NCBI GenBank assembly: GCA_002269645.1
Contig: NIVC01000991.1
Coordinates: 62,001 to 126,000, forward strand
Length of the DNA: 64,000 nucleotides
Source of the DNA: Macrostomum lignano
Lineage: Eukaryota
Direction of reading: 5' to 3'
Below the pieces are notes generated by a model. That model made no database searches. It was not told the DNA's origin and saw only the letters and a program-made list of their open reading frames with translations. The position numbers and the translations under genes were made by a program. Below, piece after piece: positions 10,626 to 41,567 of this stretch. Each line of letters opens with the position of its first letter. Positions within the stretch are counted from its first letter, which is position 1.

Positions 10626-12049
10626 TAGCAAAGATGTAAACATAGCTCAAATCATATTAATATATTAAATTATTGATTAATAGGCATAGAAATTATTTCG
10701 GCATTGTATACAATTCTAGTATACTATACTGTTGTTAAAAACGTTTATAGTTAAAATTATAAATTATAAATATAAAAACACATAAGGGATAGTTTTGTGT
10801 CAACAAAAACACATGAAATAAATTTACTCAGTTGATTGTTGTTAAACAGAGTGTATTGTGTTGAATCTAAGTAAATATATCAATTTAAATTATTCAACAA
10901 AAAGTTTTCAAAAAAGCATTGACAGCTGCTACTGTCTGCAACAATCTGCTTCTGGAAGTACTCGTAATTAGAAAACATTTAAAGTGACATTAAACATTCT
11001 TAAGTACTGTTCCCGTTTGAGCACTAATTCACAGCCATTAGATTAGCGGAAAAAACGCACAATAATTAAACAGGAATATTTATCAAAATACAGAACTTGC
11101 GTTGCATCTTGAGCAGTAGTGTGACGCGCATATATAGCGACTTTTTGATAGAAAGAAAAGTTTTTGTTTCTAAAATCGGAATTCACTTCAAAAATTCTCA
11201 TTTTCATCAACTATTACTGTGTGATAATGTTGCACGTAGGAGCCTGTCCTACAAATTGATTCATTGATCAAATTAAAACAAACTGCAAACTGATTTGAAA
11301 GTTCAAATTTAGCACTGATTTGAAAATGTAGATTTAAACAAAAAGTAAAAAATGAACATTAGGAGAAGCAGTCAATGAAAAGCTGTAGCCAACTCAGCTG
11401 GGCCAATGGGTCAAAATTCAAATATGTAAAAATAAAACTAATAAATATTAAACATGTAACTACTGATATGTCTCAGAGCAAATAAAAATGATAACACAAA
11501 TAAACCATAAACAAAGCGAAGTTGTTTGTTTATATGGCAATTTTTTAAACATAAAGCACAACACCTTAGAGCAGGAAAAATTCTAAACGACTAACGAAAA
11601 TGCAGCACGTTTGATTCGAGAAGGTTTGAAAGTTGTTTTTTTAATTTTCAGAAGTTTTTAAAAAACAAACAGTTATAGCTGGATCATGTATAAACTTTGA
11701 AAAAAGTTTCATTTCATTTCATTTCAAACGAAAAGTTTCGTTTCATTTCGTACACAAGGGAAGCCCATTGTGCTTGTTTGAAATAAATTTGAATTGGTGG
11801 TCCTCGATAGCGTCACAAGCTTAAGTTACTACTGGAGCAGAACATTCAGTATTAGAGCGATTCTCTTAGGGTACAAATAGAGGTCAAAACTATGGGCAGA
11901 CAGGGCAGGTACAACTGAAGGTTAAAAATTACACTTAAATGTCAAATGGTCAGGCAGGTACAACTGAAGGTCATAATAAACACCAAACAGTGAATTGCTA
12001 AAAAGGGTACAAATGAAGGTCAAACTTATTTTTAAGTTACAAGTAAAGG

Positions 12050-30933
<18,884 letters not shown>

Positions 30934-31575
30934 CTAAAAAGTGAGATAAACATTGTTCAACCGTTCTAATCTGAAAAATAGTGCAGAAACGGCGATGATA
31001 GAATCGTATAAATACAACATAAAATAATTTATGCAGCCATTACTGTCAGAATTTTCACGCTAGTCACGTGCCGACGCTTTCAATGGTCAGCTTAGAAAAA
31101 TAGCACGTCGCAGACAAGTCAAACATGTTAATATTTAAAAACTGTATATTAGATTTCATGCTTTTAAGGTTTTATATCTTAGCATTATAAGAAAATAATT
31201 AATAGTTTTAACATCTTTTTTTAAAAAGGTTTTAATTTTTCAAACATTTCTGTCTAGCGATAAAGAAAACTAAATACTTTGTTAAAAACAGCTCTCTTCC
31301 GAGTTATCTGCGTAAAATGTTACACAGTATAGATTAAATGTACAGACTATTTCCACAGAGTTTCATTCCCAGAACTTGCATTGCTTGTAGAATTTTACCA
31401 CCAATAATAATACTTTGCTAGACTGGTAAAATGAAGAGAAGAAAAATGATCCATAAAATTATGGGGTAACGATAACTATACGCATTACGCTCAACAATTA
31501 TGAATGATTTTTTATTGGTAGAGATGAAAAAGCTATCGCATATTTAAAAAATAGTTACAATCAACATCCCATCGA

Positions 31576-31822
<247 letters not shown>

Positions 31823-32842
31823 ACTAGATAATGATAGACGAAATGAAAATTTCTCTAAAATTTCTGTTGTTTGCATAAAAGCCTCCGTTGTTTGCCGAAG
31901 GTAGATGCATTTCCGGAGCGTTTCAGTCTGTCACACATTTTTCTGGAATTGTTTGCTGAGCTACAGCGATATCTATACATTTTAGATACATAAGCAGCGA
32001 TAAATATAAAGGAATGAGGCTGATTGCTGACTACCAACCTTTGCTGAAAAAGTAAATTTAAGCTATATATAGTGCTGATTTAAGGCTGCGTATAGGATTA
32101 AAAAATTGCAATAGAAACTGCAGCACACGAATTCGTGATATTGACGTTATAGCTCCTAAATGCAGTGGGTGTGGCCATCCAAGAAAAGAAAAGTTAGATT
32201 CTGAATTAAAAAATTGTCTACAAAGAGCAGAGTGATGTTATAGTAATGGTAGGGACTTTAAAATTTGGAATACTTGACTGCAATTAATTTTAGCTAATGA
32301 ATGAAAATTAAAGAAATTATTATGAAAAGCTACCAATAAAAATATTTTTTTTGACGTAACGGGAGTTAAAATCTTGGAGCTTATTCTTCCGCACCAAATT
32401 GAAGCCTCAGCAGGGCAGTTGCATTCTGCTGGCTTGTGTCATGTTTTTGATGAGTTTTGCTAGAATTTCCATTATGTCTCTTATCCTATTGTTGAGTCAT
32501 TAGATAAAACACTTTATCCCCTCTGCAGTACCGTTTTTAGAAATTCGAAACTTTACCTGAGCTTTCCAGAATTCAATTTCATCATGCGGAGCAATATAAA
32601 AGTTCCAACTACACTAGATAACCAGCAAAAGTGAAATTCCCCACACGAAAGTATGGGCAGGTCCTGTTCTCGCTAGGGATCTTTGGTCTCGCAGTCCTCA
32701 TTGTTTCGCATGCGGGCCAGTGTATATATGCATGGTTTGCTAATCTAAGCTGTGACAGGGTGCGCTTGAAATCTGGATTGGATCGTTTCTCGGACTTTTT
32801 TTCTGTTGAGTAGCACGGGTCTATGAGAATTTTCCGCAGAGT

Positions 32843-35800
32843 TTTCCCGCAGTGAGGTTTTCCCGCAGTGAGGTTTTCCCGCAGTGAGGTTAGTGAGGTT
32901 TTCCCGCAGTGAGGTTAGTGAGGTTTTCCCGCAGTGAGGTTAGTGAGGTTTTCCCGCAGTGAGGTTAGTGAGGTTTTCCCGCAGTGAGGTTAGTGAGGTT
33001 TTCCCGCAGTGAGGTTAGTGAGGTTTTCCCGCAGTGAGGTTAGTGAGGTTTTCCCGCAGTGAGGTTAGTGAGGTTTTGCCGCAGTGAGGTTAGTGAGGTT
33101 TTCCCGCAGTGAGGTTAGTGAGGTTTTCCCGCAGTGAGGTTAGTGAGGTTTTCCCGCAGTGAGGTTAGTGAGGTTTTCCCGCAGTGAGGTTAGTGAGGTT
33201 TTCCCGCAGTGAGGTTAGTGAGGTTTTCCCGCAGTGAGGTTAGTGAGGTTTTCCCGCAGTGAGGTTAGTGAGGTTTTGCCGCAGTGAGGTTAGTGAGGTT
33301 TTCCCGCAGTGAGGTTAGTGAGGTTTTGCCGCAGTGAGGTTAGTGAGGTTTTCCCGCAGTAAGGTTAGTGAGGTTTTCCCGCAGTGAGGTTAGTGAGGTT
33401 TTCCCGCAGTGAGGTTAGTGAGGTTTTCCCGCAGTGAGGTTAGTGAGGTTTTGCCGCAGTGAGGTTAGTGAGGTTTTCCCGCAGTGAGGTTAGTGAGGTT
33501 TTGCCGCAGTGAGGTTAGTGAGGTTTTCCCGCAGTGAGGTTAGTGAGGTTTTCCCGCAGTGAGGTTAGTGAGGTTTTCCCGCAGTGAGGTTAGTGAGGTT
33601 TTCCCGCAGTGAGGTTAGTGAGGTTTTCCCGCAGTGAGGTTAGTGAGGTTTTCCCGCAGTGAGGTTAGTGAGGTTTTCCCGCAGTGAGGTTAGTGAGGTT
33701 TTCCCGCAGTGAGGTTAGTGAGGTTTTCCCGCAGTGAGGTTAGTGAGGTTTTCCCGCAGTGAGGTTAGTGAGGTTTTCCCGCAGTGAGGTTAGTGAGGTT
33801 TTCCCGCAGTGAGGTTAGTGAGGTTTTCCCGCAGTGAGGTTAGTGAGGTTTTCCCGCAGTGAGGTTAGTGAGGTTTTCCCGCAGTGAGGTTAGTGAGGTT
33901 TTCCCGCAGTGAGGTTAGTGAGGTTTTCCCGCAGTGAGGTTAGTGAGGTTTTCCCGCAGTGAGGTTAGTGAGGTTTTCCCGCAGTGAGGTTAGTGAGGTT
34001 TTCCCGCAGTGAGGTTAGTGAGGTTTTGCCGCAGTGAGGTTAGTGAGGTTTTGCCGCAGTGAGGTTAGTGAGGTTTTGCCGCAGTGAGGTTAGTGAGGTT
34101 TTGCCGCAGTGAGGTTAGTGAGGTTTTCCCGCAGTGAGGTTAGTGAGGTTTTCCCGCAGTGAGGTTAGTGAGGTTTTCCCGCAGTGAGGTTAGTGAGGTT
34201 TTCCCGCAGTGAGGTTAGTGAGGTTTTCCCGCAGTGAGGTTAGTGAGGTTTTCCCGCAGTGAGGTTAGTGAGGTTTTCCCGCAGTGAGGTTAGTGAGGTT
34301 TTCCCGCAGTGAGGTTAGTGAGGTTTTCCTGCAGTGAGGTTAGTGAGGTTTTGCCGCAGTGAGGTTAGTGAGGTTTTGCCGCAGTGAGGTTAGTGAGGTT
34401 TTCCCGCAGTGAGGTTAGTGAGGTTTTCCCGCAGTGAGGTTAGTGAGGTTTTCCCGCAGTGAGGTTAGTGAGGTTTTCCCGCAGTGAGGTTAGTGAGGTT
34501 TTCCCGCAGTGAGGTTAGTGAGGTTTTCCCGCAGTGAGGTTAGTGAGGTTTTCCCGCAGTGAGGTTAGTGAGGTTTTCCCGCAGTGAGGTTAGTGAGGTT
34601 TTCCCGCAGTGAGGTTAGTGAGGTTTTGCCGCAGTGAGGTTAGTGAGGTTTTCCCGCAGTGAGGTTAGTGAGGTTTTCCCGCAGTGAGGTTAGTGAGGTT
34701 TTCCCGCAGTGAGGTTAGTGAGGTTTTCCCGCAGTGAGGTTAGTGAGGTTTTCCCGCAGTGAGGTTAGTGAGGTTTTCCCGCAGTGAGGTTAGTGAGGTT
34801 TTCCTGCAGTGAGGTTAGTGAGGTTTTCCTGCAGTGAGGTTAGTGAGGTTTTCCCGCAGTGAGGTTAGTGAGGTTTTCCCGCAGTGAGGTTAGTGAGGTT
34901 TTCCCGCAGTGAGGTTAGTGAGGTTTTCCCGCAGTGAGGTTAGTGAGGTTTTCCCGCAGTGAGGTTAGTGAGGTTTTCCCGCAGTGAGGTTAGTGAGGTT
35001 TTCCCGCAGTGAGGTTAGTGAGGTTTTCCCGCAGTGAGGTTAGTGAGGTTTTCCCGCAGTGAGGTTAGTGAGGTTTTCCCGCAGTGAGGTTAGTGAGGTT
35101 TTCCCGCAGTGAGGTTAGTGAGGTTTTCCCGCAGTGAGGTTAGTGAGGTTTTCCCGCAGTGAGGTTAGTGAGGTTTTCCCGCAGTGAGGTTAGTGAGGTT
35201 TTCCCGCAGTGAGGTTAGTGAGGTTTTCCCGCAGTGAGGTTAGTGAGGTTTTCCCGCAGTGAGGTTAGTGAGGTTTTCCCGCAGTGAGGTTAGTGAGGTT
35301 TTCCCGCAGTGAGGTTAGTGAGGTTTTCCCGCAGTGAGGTTAGTGAGGTTTTCCCGCAGTGAGGTTAGTGAGGTTTTCCCGCAGTGAGGTTAGTGAGGTT
35401 TTCCCGCAGTGAGGTTAGTGAGGTTTTCCCGCAGTGAGGTTAGTGAGGTTTTCCCGCAGTGAGGTTAGTGAGGTTTTCCCGCAGTGAGGTTAGTGAGGTT
35501 TTCCCGCAGTGAGGTTAGTGAGGTTTTCCCGCAGTGAGGTTAGTGAGGTTTTCCCGCAGTGAGGTTAGTGAGGTTTTCCCGCAGTGAGGTTAGTGAGGTT
35601 TTCCCGCAGTGAGGTTAGTGAGGTTTTCCCGCAGTGAGGTTAGTGAGGTTTTCCCGCAGTGAGGTTAGTGAGGTTTTCCCGCAGTGAGGTTAGTGAGGTT
35701 TTCCCGCAGTGAGGTTAGTGAGGTTTTCCCGCAGTGAGGTTAGTGAGGTTTTCCCGCAGTGAGGTTAGTGAGGTTTTCCCGCAGTGAGGTTAGTGAGGTT

Positions 35801-38800
35801 TTCCCGCAGTGAGGTTAGTGAGGTTTTCCCGCAGTGAGGTTAGTGAGGTTTTCCCGCAGTGAGGTTAGTGAGGTTTTCCCGCAGTGAGGTTAGTGAGGTT
35901 TTCCCGCAGTGAGGTTAGTGAGGTTTTCCCGCAGTGAGGTTAGTGAGGTTTTCCCGCAGTGAGGTTAGTGAGGTTTTCCCGCAGTGAGGTTAGTGAGGTT
36001 TTCCCGCAGTGAGGTTAGTGAGGTTTTCCCGCAGTGAGGTTAGTGAGGTTTTCCCGCAGTGAGGTTAGTGAGGTTTTCCCGCAGTGAGGTTAGTGAGGTT
36101 TTCCCGCAGTGAGGTTAGTGAGGTTTTCCCGCAGTGAGGTTAGTGAGGTTTTCCCGCAGTGAGGTTAGTGAGGTTTTCCCGCAGTGAGGTTAGTGAGGTT
36201 TTCCCGCAGTGAGGTTAGTGAGGTTTTCCCGCAGTGAGGTTAGTGAGGTTTTCCCGCAGTGAGGTTAGTGAGGTTTTCCCGCAGTGAGGTTAGTGAGGTT
36301 TTCCCGCAGTGAGGTTAGTGAGGTTTTCCCGCAGTGAGGTTAGTGAGGTTTTCCCGCAGTGAGGTTAGTGAGGTTTTCCCGCAGTGAGGTTAGTGAGGTT
36401 TTCCCGCAGTGAGGTTAGTGAGGTTTTCCCGCAGTGAGGTTAGTGAGGTTTTCCCGCAGTGAGGTTAGTGAGGTTTTCCCGCAGTGAGGTTAGTGAGGTT
36501 TTCCCGCAGTGAGGTTAGTGAGGTTTTCCCGCAGTGAGGTTAGTGAGGTTTTCCCGCAGTGAGGTTAGTGAGGTTTTCCCGCAGTGAGGTTAGTGAGGTT
36601 TTCCCGCAGTGAGGTTAGTGAGGTTTTCCCGCAGTGAGGTTAGTGAGGTTTTCCCGCAGTGAGGTTAGTGAGGTTTTCCCGCAGTGAGGTTAGTGAGGTT
36701 TTCCCGCAGTGAGGTTAGTGAGGTTTTCCCGCAGTGAGGTTAGTGAGGTTTTCCCGCAGTGAGGTTAGTGAGGTTTTCCCGCAGTGAGGTTAGTGAGGTT
36801 TTCCCGCAGTGAGGTTAGTGAGGTTTTCCCGCAGTGAGGTTAGTGAGGTTTTCCCGCAGTGAGGTTAGTGAGGTTTTCCCGCAGTGAGGTTAGTGAGGTT
36901 TTCCCGCAGTGAGGTTAGTGAGGTTTTCCCGCAGTGAGGTTAGTGAGGTTTTCCCGCAGTGAGGTTAGTGAGGTTTTCCCGCAGTGAGGTTAGTGAGGTT
37001 TTCCCGCAGTGAGGTTAGTGAGGTTTTCCCGCAGTGAGGTTAGTGAGGTTTTCCCGCAGTGAGGTTAGTGAGGTTTTCCCGCAGTGAGGTTAGTGAGGTT
37101 TTCCCGCAGTGAGGTTAGTGAGGTTTTCCCGCAGTGAGGTTAGTGAGGTTTTCCCGCAGTGAGGTTAGTGAGGTTTTCCCGCAGTGAGGTTAGTGAGGTT
37201 TTCCCGCAGTGAGGTTAGTGAGGTTTTCCCGCAGTGAGGTTAGTGAGGTTTTCCCGCAGTGAGGTTAGTGAGGTTTTCCCGCAGTGAGGTTAGTGAGGTT
37301 TTCCCGCAGTGAGGTTAGTGAGGTTTTCCCGCAGTGAGGTTAGTGAGGTTTTCCCGCAGTGAGGTTAGTGAGGTTTTCCCGCAGTGAGGTTAGTGAGGTT
37401 TTCCCGCAGTGAGGTTAGTGAGGTTTTCCCGCAGTGAGGTTAGTGAGGTTTTCCCGCAGTGAGGTTAGTGAGGTTTTCCCGCAGTGAGGTTAGTGAGGTT
37501 TTCCCGCAGTGAGGTTAGTGAGGTTTTCCCGCAGTGAGGTTAGTGAGGTTTTCCCGCAGTGAGGTTAGTGAGGTTTTCCCGCAGTGAGGTTAGTGAGGTT
37601 TTCCCGCAGTGAGGTTAGTGAGGTTTTCCCGCAGTGAGGTTAGTGAGGTTTTCCCGCAGTGAGGTTAGTGAGGTTTTCCCGCAGTGAGGTTAGTGAGGTT
37701 TTCCCGCAGTGAGGTTAGTGAGGTTTTCCCGCAGTGAGGTTAGTGAGGTTTTCCCGCAGTGAGGTTAGTGAGGTTTTCCCGCAGTGAGGTTAGTGAGGTT
37801 TTCCCGCAGTGAGGTTAGTGAGGTTTTCCCGCAGTGAGGTTAGTGAGGTTTTCCCGCAGTGAGGTTAGTGAGGTTTTCCCGCAGTGAGGTTAGTGAGGTT
37901 TTCCCGCAGTGAGGTTAGTGAGGTTTTCCCGCAGTGAGGTTAGTGAGGTTTTCCCGCAGTGAGGTTAGTGAGGTTTTCCCGCAGTGAGGTTAGTGAGGTT
38001 TTCCCGCAGTGAGGTTAGTGAGGTTTTCCCGCAGTGAGGTTAGTGAGGTTTTCCCGCAGTGAGGTTAGTGAGGTTTTCCCGCAGTGAGGTTAGTGAGGTT
38101 TTCCCGCAGTGAGGTTAGTGAGGTTTTCCCGCAGTGAGGTTAGTGAGGTTTTCCCGCAGTGAGGTTAGTGAGGTTTTCCCGCAGTGAGGTTAGTGAGGTT
38201 TTCCCGCAGTGAGGTTAGTGAGGTTTTCCCGCAGTGAGGTTAGTGAGGTTTTCCCGCAGTGAGGTTAGTGAGGTTTTCCCGCAGTGAGGTTAGTGAGGTT
38301 TTCCCGCAGTGAGGTTAGTGAGGTTTTCCCGCAGTGAGGTTAGTGAGGTTTTCCCGCAGTGAGGTTAGTGAGGTTTTCCCGCAGTGAGGTTAGTGAGGTT
38401 TTCCCGCAGTGAGGTTAGTGAGGTTTTCCCGCAGTGAGGTTAGTGAGGTTTTCCCGCAGTGAGGTTAGTGAGGTTTTCCCGCAGTGAGGTTAGTGAGGTT
38501 TTCCCGCAGTGAGGTTAGTGAGGTTTTCCCGCAGTGAGGTTAGTGAGGTTTTCCCGCAGTGAGGTTAGTGAGGTTTTCCCGCAGTGAGGTTAGTGAGGTT
38601 TTCCCGCAGTGAGGTTAGTGAGGTTTTCCCGCAGTGAGGTTAGTGAGGTTTTCCCGCAGTGAGGTTAGTGAGGTTTTCCCGCAGTGAGGTTAGTGAGGTT
38701 TTCCCGCAGTGAGGTTAGTGAGGTTTTCCCGCAGTGAGGTTAGTGAGGTTTTCCCGCAGTGAGGTTAGTGAGGTTTTCCCGCAGTGAGGTTAGTGAGGTT

Positions 38801-39134
38801 TTCCCGCAGTGAGGTTAGTGAGGTTTTCCCGCAGTGAGGTTAGTGAGGTTTTCCCGCAGTGAGGTTAGTGAGGTTTTCCCGCAGTGAGGTTAGTGAGGTT
38901 TTCCCGCAGTGAGGTTAGTGAGGTTTTCCCGCAGTGAGGTTAGTGAGGTTTTCCCGCAGTGAGGTTAGTGAGGTTTTCCCGCAGTGAGGTTAGTGAGGTT
39001 TTCCCGCAGTGAGGTTAGTGAGGTTTTCCCGCAGTGAGGTTAGTGAGGTTTTCCCGCAGTGAGGTTAGTGAGGTTTTCCCGCAGTGAGGTTAGTGAGGTT
39101 TTCCCGCAGTGAGGTTAGTGAGGTTTTCCCGCAG
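32843..39134. repeat. ~6.3-kb satellite of a 25-bp unit (GCAGTGAGGTTAGTGAGGTTTTCCC), about 250 copies
   Basis: Read directly. Preceded by 16-bp precursor units (GTTTTCCCGCAGTGAG); no variant seen from ~34835 to the end. Confidence 0.98.
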
Positions 39135-39339
39135 GTTTTTTCAGTCGGAATTTCAAGTTAAATCCAATTGGATCTGAAATCTAGTCTAGTCTAGTTCTAA
39201 TCTGGTCTAGTTCTAATAGTTTTTAATCTTGTCTAATTTATGTCTAGTCTAGTCTAGGCTAGTTCTAATCTAGACCAGCATTGTCTATAGACTGAATTTG
39301 ACTTGAAATTACGAATGAAAAAACCCTGCGGGAAAACCT
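39121..39339. mobile_element. MITE-like foldback element with ~48-bp imperfect inverted repeats
   Basis: 39121-39168 AGGTTTTCCCGCAGGTTTTTTCAGTCGGAATTTCAAGTTAAATCCAAT versus the reverse complement of 39293-39339 AGGTTTTCCCGCAGGGTTTTTTCATTCGTAATTTCAAGTCAAATTCAGT. The interior is rich in TCTAG repeats. No TSD is determinable. Confidence 0.6.
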
Positions 39340-39613
39340 CCTGTGGGACGACTTGGCTTTGCAAAGAGTTGTCTACTCTTGCTGAGGTAAATACGGAGAA
39401 GTCACCAATTCGAGTTAGCCTCGCAGAAGCAACAGACAGCCTACGCGCGACCAGAAGTCTCCATTGGTTGGACAGACAAAGAAACTGCAGCTCCAGCAGG
39501 GTCTCTTGCAGATTAAAAAAGCATGACAAACATGCATGCAGTCATAAACGATGGAGCCCAAATTCTCGCAGGTTGATTTTTTTAAAAACGAGAAGAGCAT
39601 GCAGCGCTGAAAC

Positions 39614-41567
39614 ATGCTGGAATTGACTGACGATCTCAAACTATGGCTGAGGCTCTGTATGCTCTGCTGCCTCGCTGCAGTTGCTGCATCGCGGATGCCG
39701 CAGACAACTTCGCCCAGCTGCAAGCGTCTCGTCCGCTCGGCCCTGCCCGTCTCGCTCGATCCGACTGTGAGCAGTGACGTCATCACCGAGACCAACGTCG
39801 CTTCGGTGCCCGACTGTCTGCTCAGGTGCTGAGCGAGAGGCTGCGCTGTGGCAGTCGTTCCTAAGAGCACCTCCACCTGCCAGCTCGTCGTCATCAACGA
39901 TGCGTCGCAGTCTCTGGGACCGACGGCGAGTCACGTGACGCGAGTTCTCGGTTCCGAGGCGGACGAATCCGTGTGGACGGTGGCCAACCTTGAGCAGCTA
40001 ATCCGAGAGAGGGCCTACAGGCTCGATGTCGTGTTCAAGAGTGAGCAGTTGGTATTACCTGCATGCAATCCTTCCTTTAGCTTATTCGATATGAAATGGA
40101 TTGGATGCAGCTGAGATCAGAATGCCTATTTTTGACGCGTTGTTAATTACAGACTCGTCCACGGGCAGCAGCGGGTCCGTCCAGCACCTGCAGATCGGCC
40201 TCACCGGCTGCTACCGCATCGAGGCCGCCGGAGCCAGAGGCGGCAGCAAGCTGTCCAAAGGCACCGTCGGAGGCCACGGAGCCACCGCGGCTGCCAACTT
40301 CAGTCTGACGGCCGGAATCCGATTGGACATCGCCGTCGGACAGGCGGGCAGCAACGAATCGGTGAACGGCGCTGCGCCTGGCGGAGGCGGCGGCAGCTTC
40401 GTGTGGACAAGCGACGGATCGGAGACTCGGCTGCTGCTGGCTGCGGGCGGCGGTGGCGGTGGCGCCACTGGTGGAAAGGGTGAGGAGTTTCCCGAACTCG
40501 GGGTTTTTGCCACAGACAGGCCCGCTTTCGTGTTTCAACAGGTCTAACTATACCACCTTTTAAAATACTCGTTCATGGCAAGGACGTCTGTGGTGAACGT
40601 CCACACATAAAATGAATACGACATCAAAACGACATTGTGACATACATACGATGTAAAAACGATATAAATACGATGTCGAAACGACGTAGTAGGGCGGGGA
40701 CAAACCTCGACGTCGAAACGACATCGCAGAACGACGTTGTTTCGACATCGTTTCTCCCAGTGGGTTGGCGAGCGAAATTCTTATAGTTAAGTTGATAATC
40801 AATGCTCACCTTGTGTATTGTGTACATGTATAAGATGAGTGTGCCCAAAGTGCTATGTGGGATTAGAGAGTGAAGTTCACTTCCTGTTTAAGCGTTAGTT
40901 GAAACTTTTACTGTGCTTCCAGTGATAACTTTGAACTCCAGTGATCACTCGTACATGATGCAATATTACATGCTGCAATATTACATTATGCAATATACAT
41001 TAACGCAACACCATATGCAGTACAAGTTTGACATGTACTCAAGCCAATAAAATGATCTAAACAACAGGACTGCCTGGTGAGGCCGGACGCAACGGTTCAG
41101 ACACGATTGGCACGCACTCCCGCCTCTCTGGCTTAGGCGGAACCAACGGAGCCCCGGGCTCCAACACTCCGAGAGACGCTGCGTCCAACTGCAACCACGG
41201 CGGCTGCGGCGCCGGCTGGCTCGGCAAGGCCGTCAACCCGAGACGAGGCAACACCGACGGAGAGCGAGGCGGCAGCGTAGCCGACGGCTGGGTCGGCGGC
41301 AGCGGCGGCGACGGCGGTGGCGGCAACGGCGGATTCGGCGGCGGTGGCGGCGGTGGCGGCAGCGCTAGCGGCACAAGAGGAGCTCCTGGCGCCGGCGGTG
41401 GCTTCAGCGGAGGCGGAGCGGGTCTCGGATTCGGCCACGCTGGAGGAGGCGGCGGCTCCGCCTGCATCGGCGGCAGCGGCTGCGTCACAGTCACGGGCGG
41501 CAACGCCGACAACGAGCAGGGAAGAGTGGCTGTGCGGCTGCTGGATGCCTCATCATCGATGTGTTGA
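39614..41567 (+). CDS. Secreted protein: signal peptide + PAN/apple-like Cys motif + ALK/LTK-type glycine-rich domain; in-frame TGA at 39830-39832 (recoded, polymorphic null, pseudogene or base error)
   Basis: Exons 39614-40040, 40153-40479, 41068-41567 (GT-AG, phase 1/1, total 1254 nt = 418 codons). Motifs: TGCYRIEAAGARGG, LDIAVGQAG, GGGGGSFVW..LLLAAGGGGG, GGFGGGGGG, GGGFSGG, GGGGS..GRVAV. ORFs 39614..39832 and 39848..40114 lie in one frame separated only by the TGA. Confidence 0.8.

Noticed and set aside
32843-39134. Array as a CRISPR locus or interstitial telomere
   Set aside because: There are no unique spacers and no cas genes. The unit contains TTAGTGAGG but no TTAGGG or TTAGG repeats.
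40590-40770. Possible MITE with repeated CGACAT/CGACGT motifs ending CCCAGTGGG
   Set aside because: Only one plausible terminus; no matching TIR or TSD found.
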